Assembly: GCF_009834535.1 (NCBI RefSeq)
Contig: NC_045697.1
Coordinates: 16,990,001 to 17,054,000, forward strand
Source: Camelus ferus
Taxonomy: Eukaryota
Direction of reading: 5' to 3'
DNA: 64,000 nucleotides
Part shown: piece after piece, positions 63,482-64,000 of the stretch
Numbering within the stretch: the first letter of the stretch is position 1
How the letters are laid out: each line of letters begins with the position of its first letter
Notes under the pieces: model-generated
Seen by the model: only the letters and a program-made list of their open reading frames with translations
Databases searched by the model: none
What the model was told of the DNA's origin: nothing
Translations under genes and position numbers: made by a program

Positions 63482-64000
63482 GCAGCACTGCTGAAAACAG
63501 AGTTCAGAAATCAAGGCTGTCTCAACTTGCGTGTTTTTTATTTGTTACAGAAAAACTAGATTACTTTGCAAGTAAAACATAAATATTGAGGGCAAGAGGC
63601 TTAAAGTAACATTAAAAGATGAATTATTTGACTTAAACAATAGGTAGGGGTTAATTATTCCTGCATGAGTGTGTTTTACTACTGGATCCTACCCACCATT
63701 CTACCAGGGAGTGATGTCTGACTAGGATTTTCTATGGTTATTGCCCTACTTCTCCAATCTATCAATGCTTCCTCCTACCATGAAAGACTGCATCCACTGT
63801 GACTACATGTCCAATTTGAGTTCTGAAAATACAATGAGCATGAAAAACTTTTAACGGCATTTACATACATAACATTACATTTTTAATTAACATTGCATTA
63901 GCTCAATATTCTCCAACTCTTATTCATTTACACATCCCTTTCACAATCTTTGCTCAACTGCAAACTACCAATATTGTTATTTACTGAGTATTTTTCTTTA

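Noticed and set aside
1..64000. All ORFs in the supplied track as protein-coding genes
   Set aside because: All are short (164 aa or less), many start at non-ATG codons, many overlap repeats or microsatellites, and none resembles a protein I recognise. This is the expected chance output for mammalian non-coding DNA.
1..64000. Assignment of a specific host gene
   Set aside because: No recognisable exon. A BLAT or liftover to an annotated genome is needed.

Overview
This is mammalian, non-coding DNA, most likely from a camelid (camel, alpaca or llama). The basis is three young tRNA-Ala(AGC)-derived SINEs of the camelid vic-1 type; I saw no Alu, B1/B2, Bov-tA/BovB, PRE1 or CanSINE. I recognise no protein-coding exon, RNA gene or CRISPR array, and the ORF track looks like chance ORFs. 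The window reads as a long intron or gene desert. It is filled with ancient eutherian repeats (MIR, L2, L3/CR1, MLT1 solo LTRs, L1MD/L1ME-type fragments, MER102, MER2, MER81, MER104, MER5), two younger 5'-truncated L1 tails, microsatellites and AT-rich tracts. Several repeat-free, motif-dense blocks look like enhancers or conserved non-coding elements (about 4.3, 7.0-7.8, 50.6-51.6, 59.4-59.7 and 62.0-62.5 kb). I could not identify a host gene and found no convincing novel system. The best leads are a candidate minus-strand micro-exon near 62.2 kb, a CpG-rich element with a possible exon near 7.3 kb, hairpins in unique DNA, a palindromic AT-rich tract, and well-preserved nested insertions. Repeat calls come from remembered consensus sequences, so most boundaries are approximate (tens of bp) and subfamily names are tentative.
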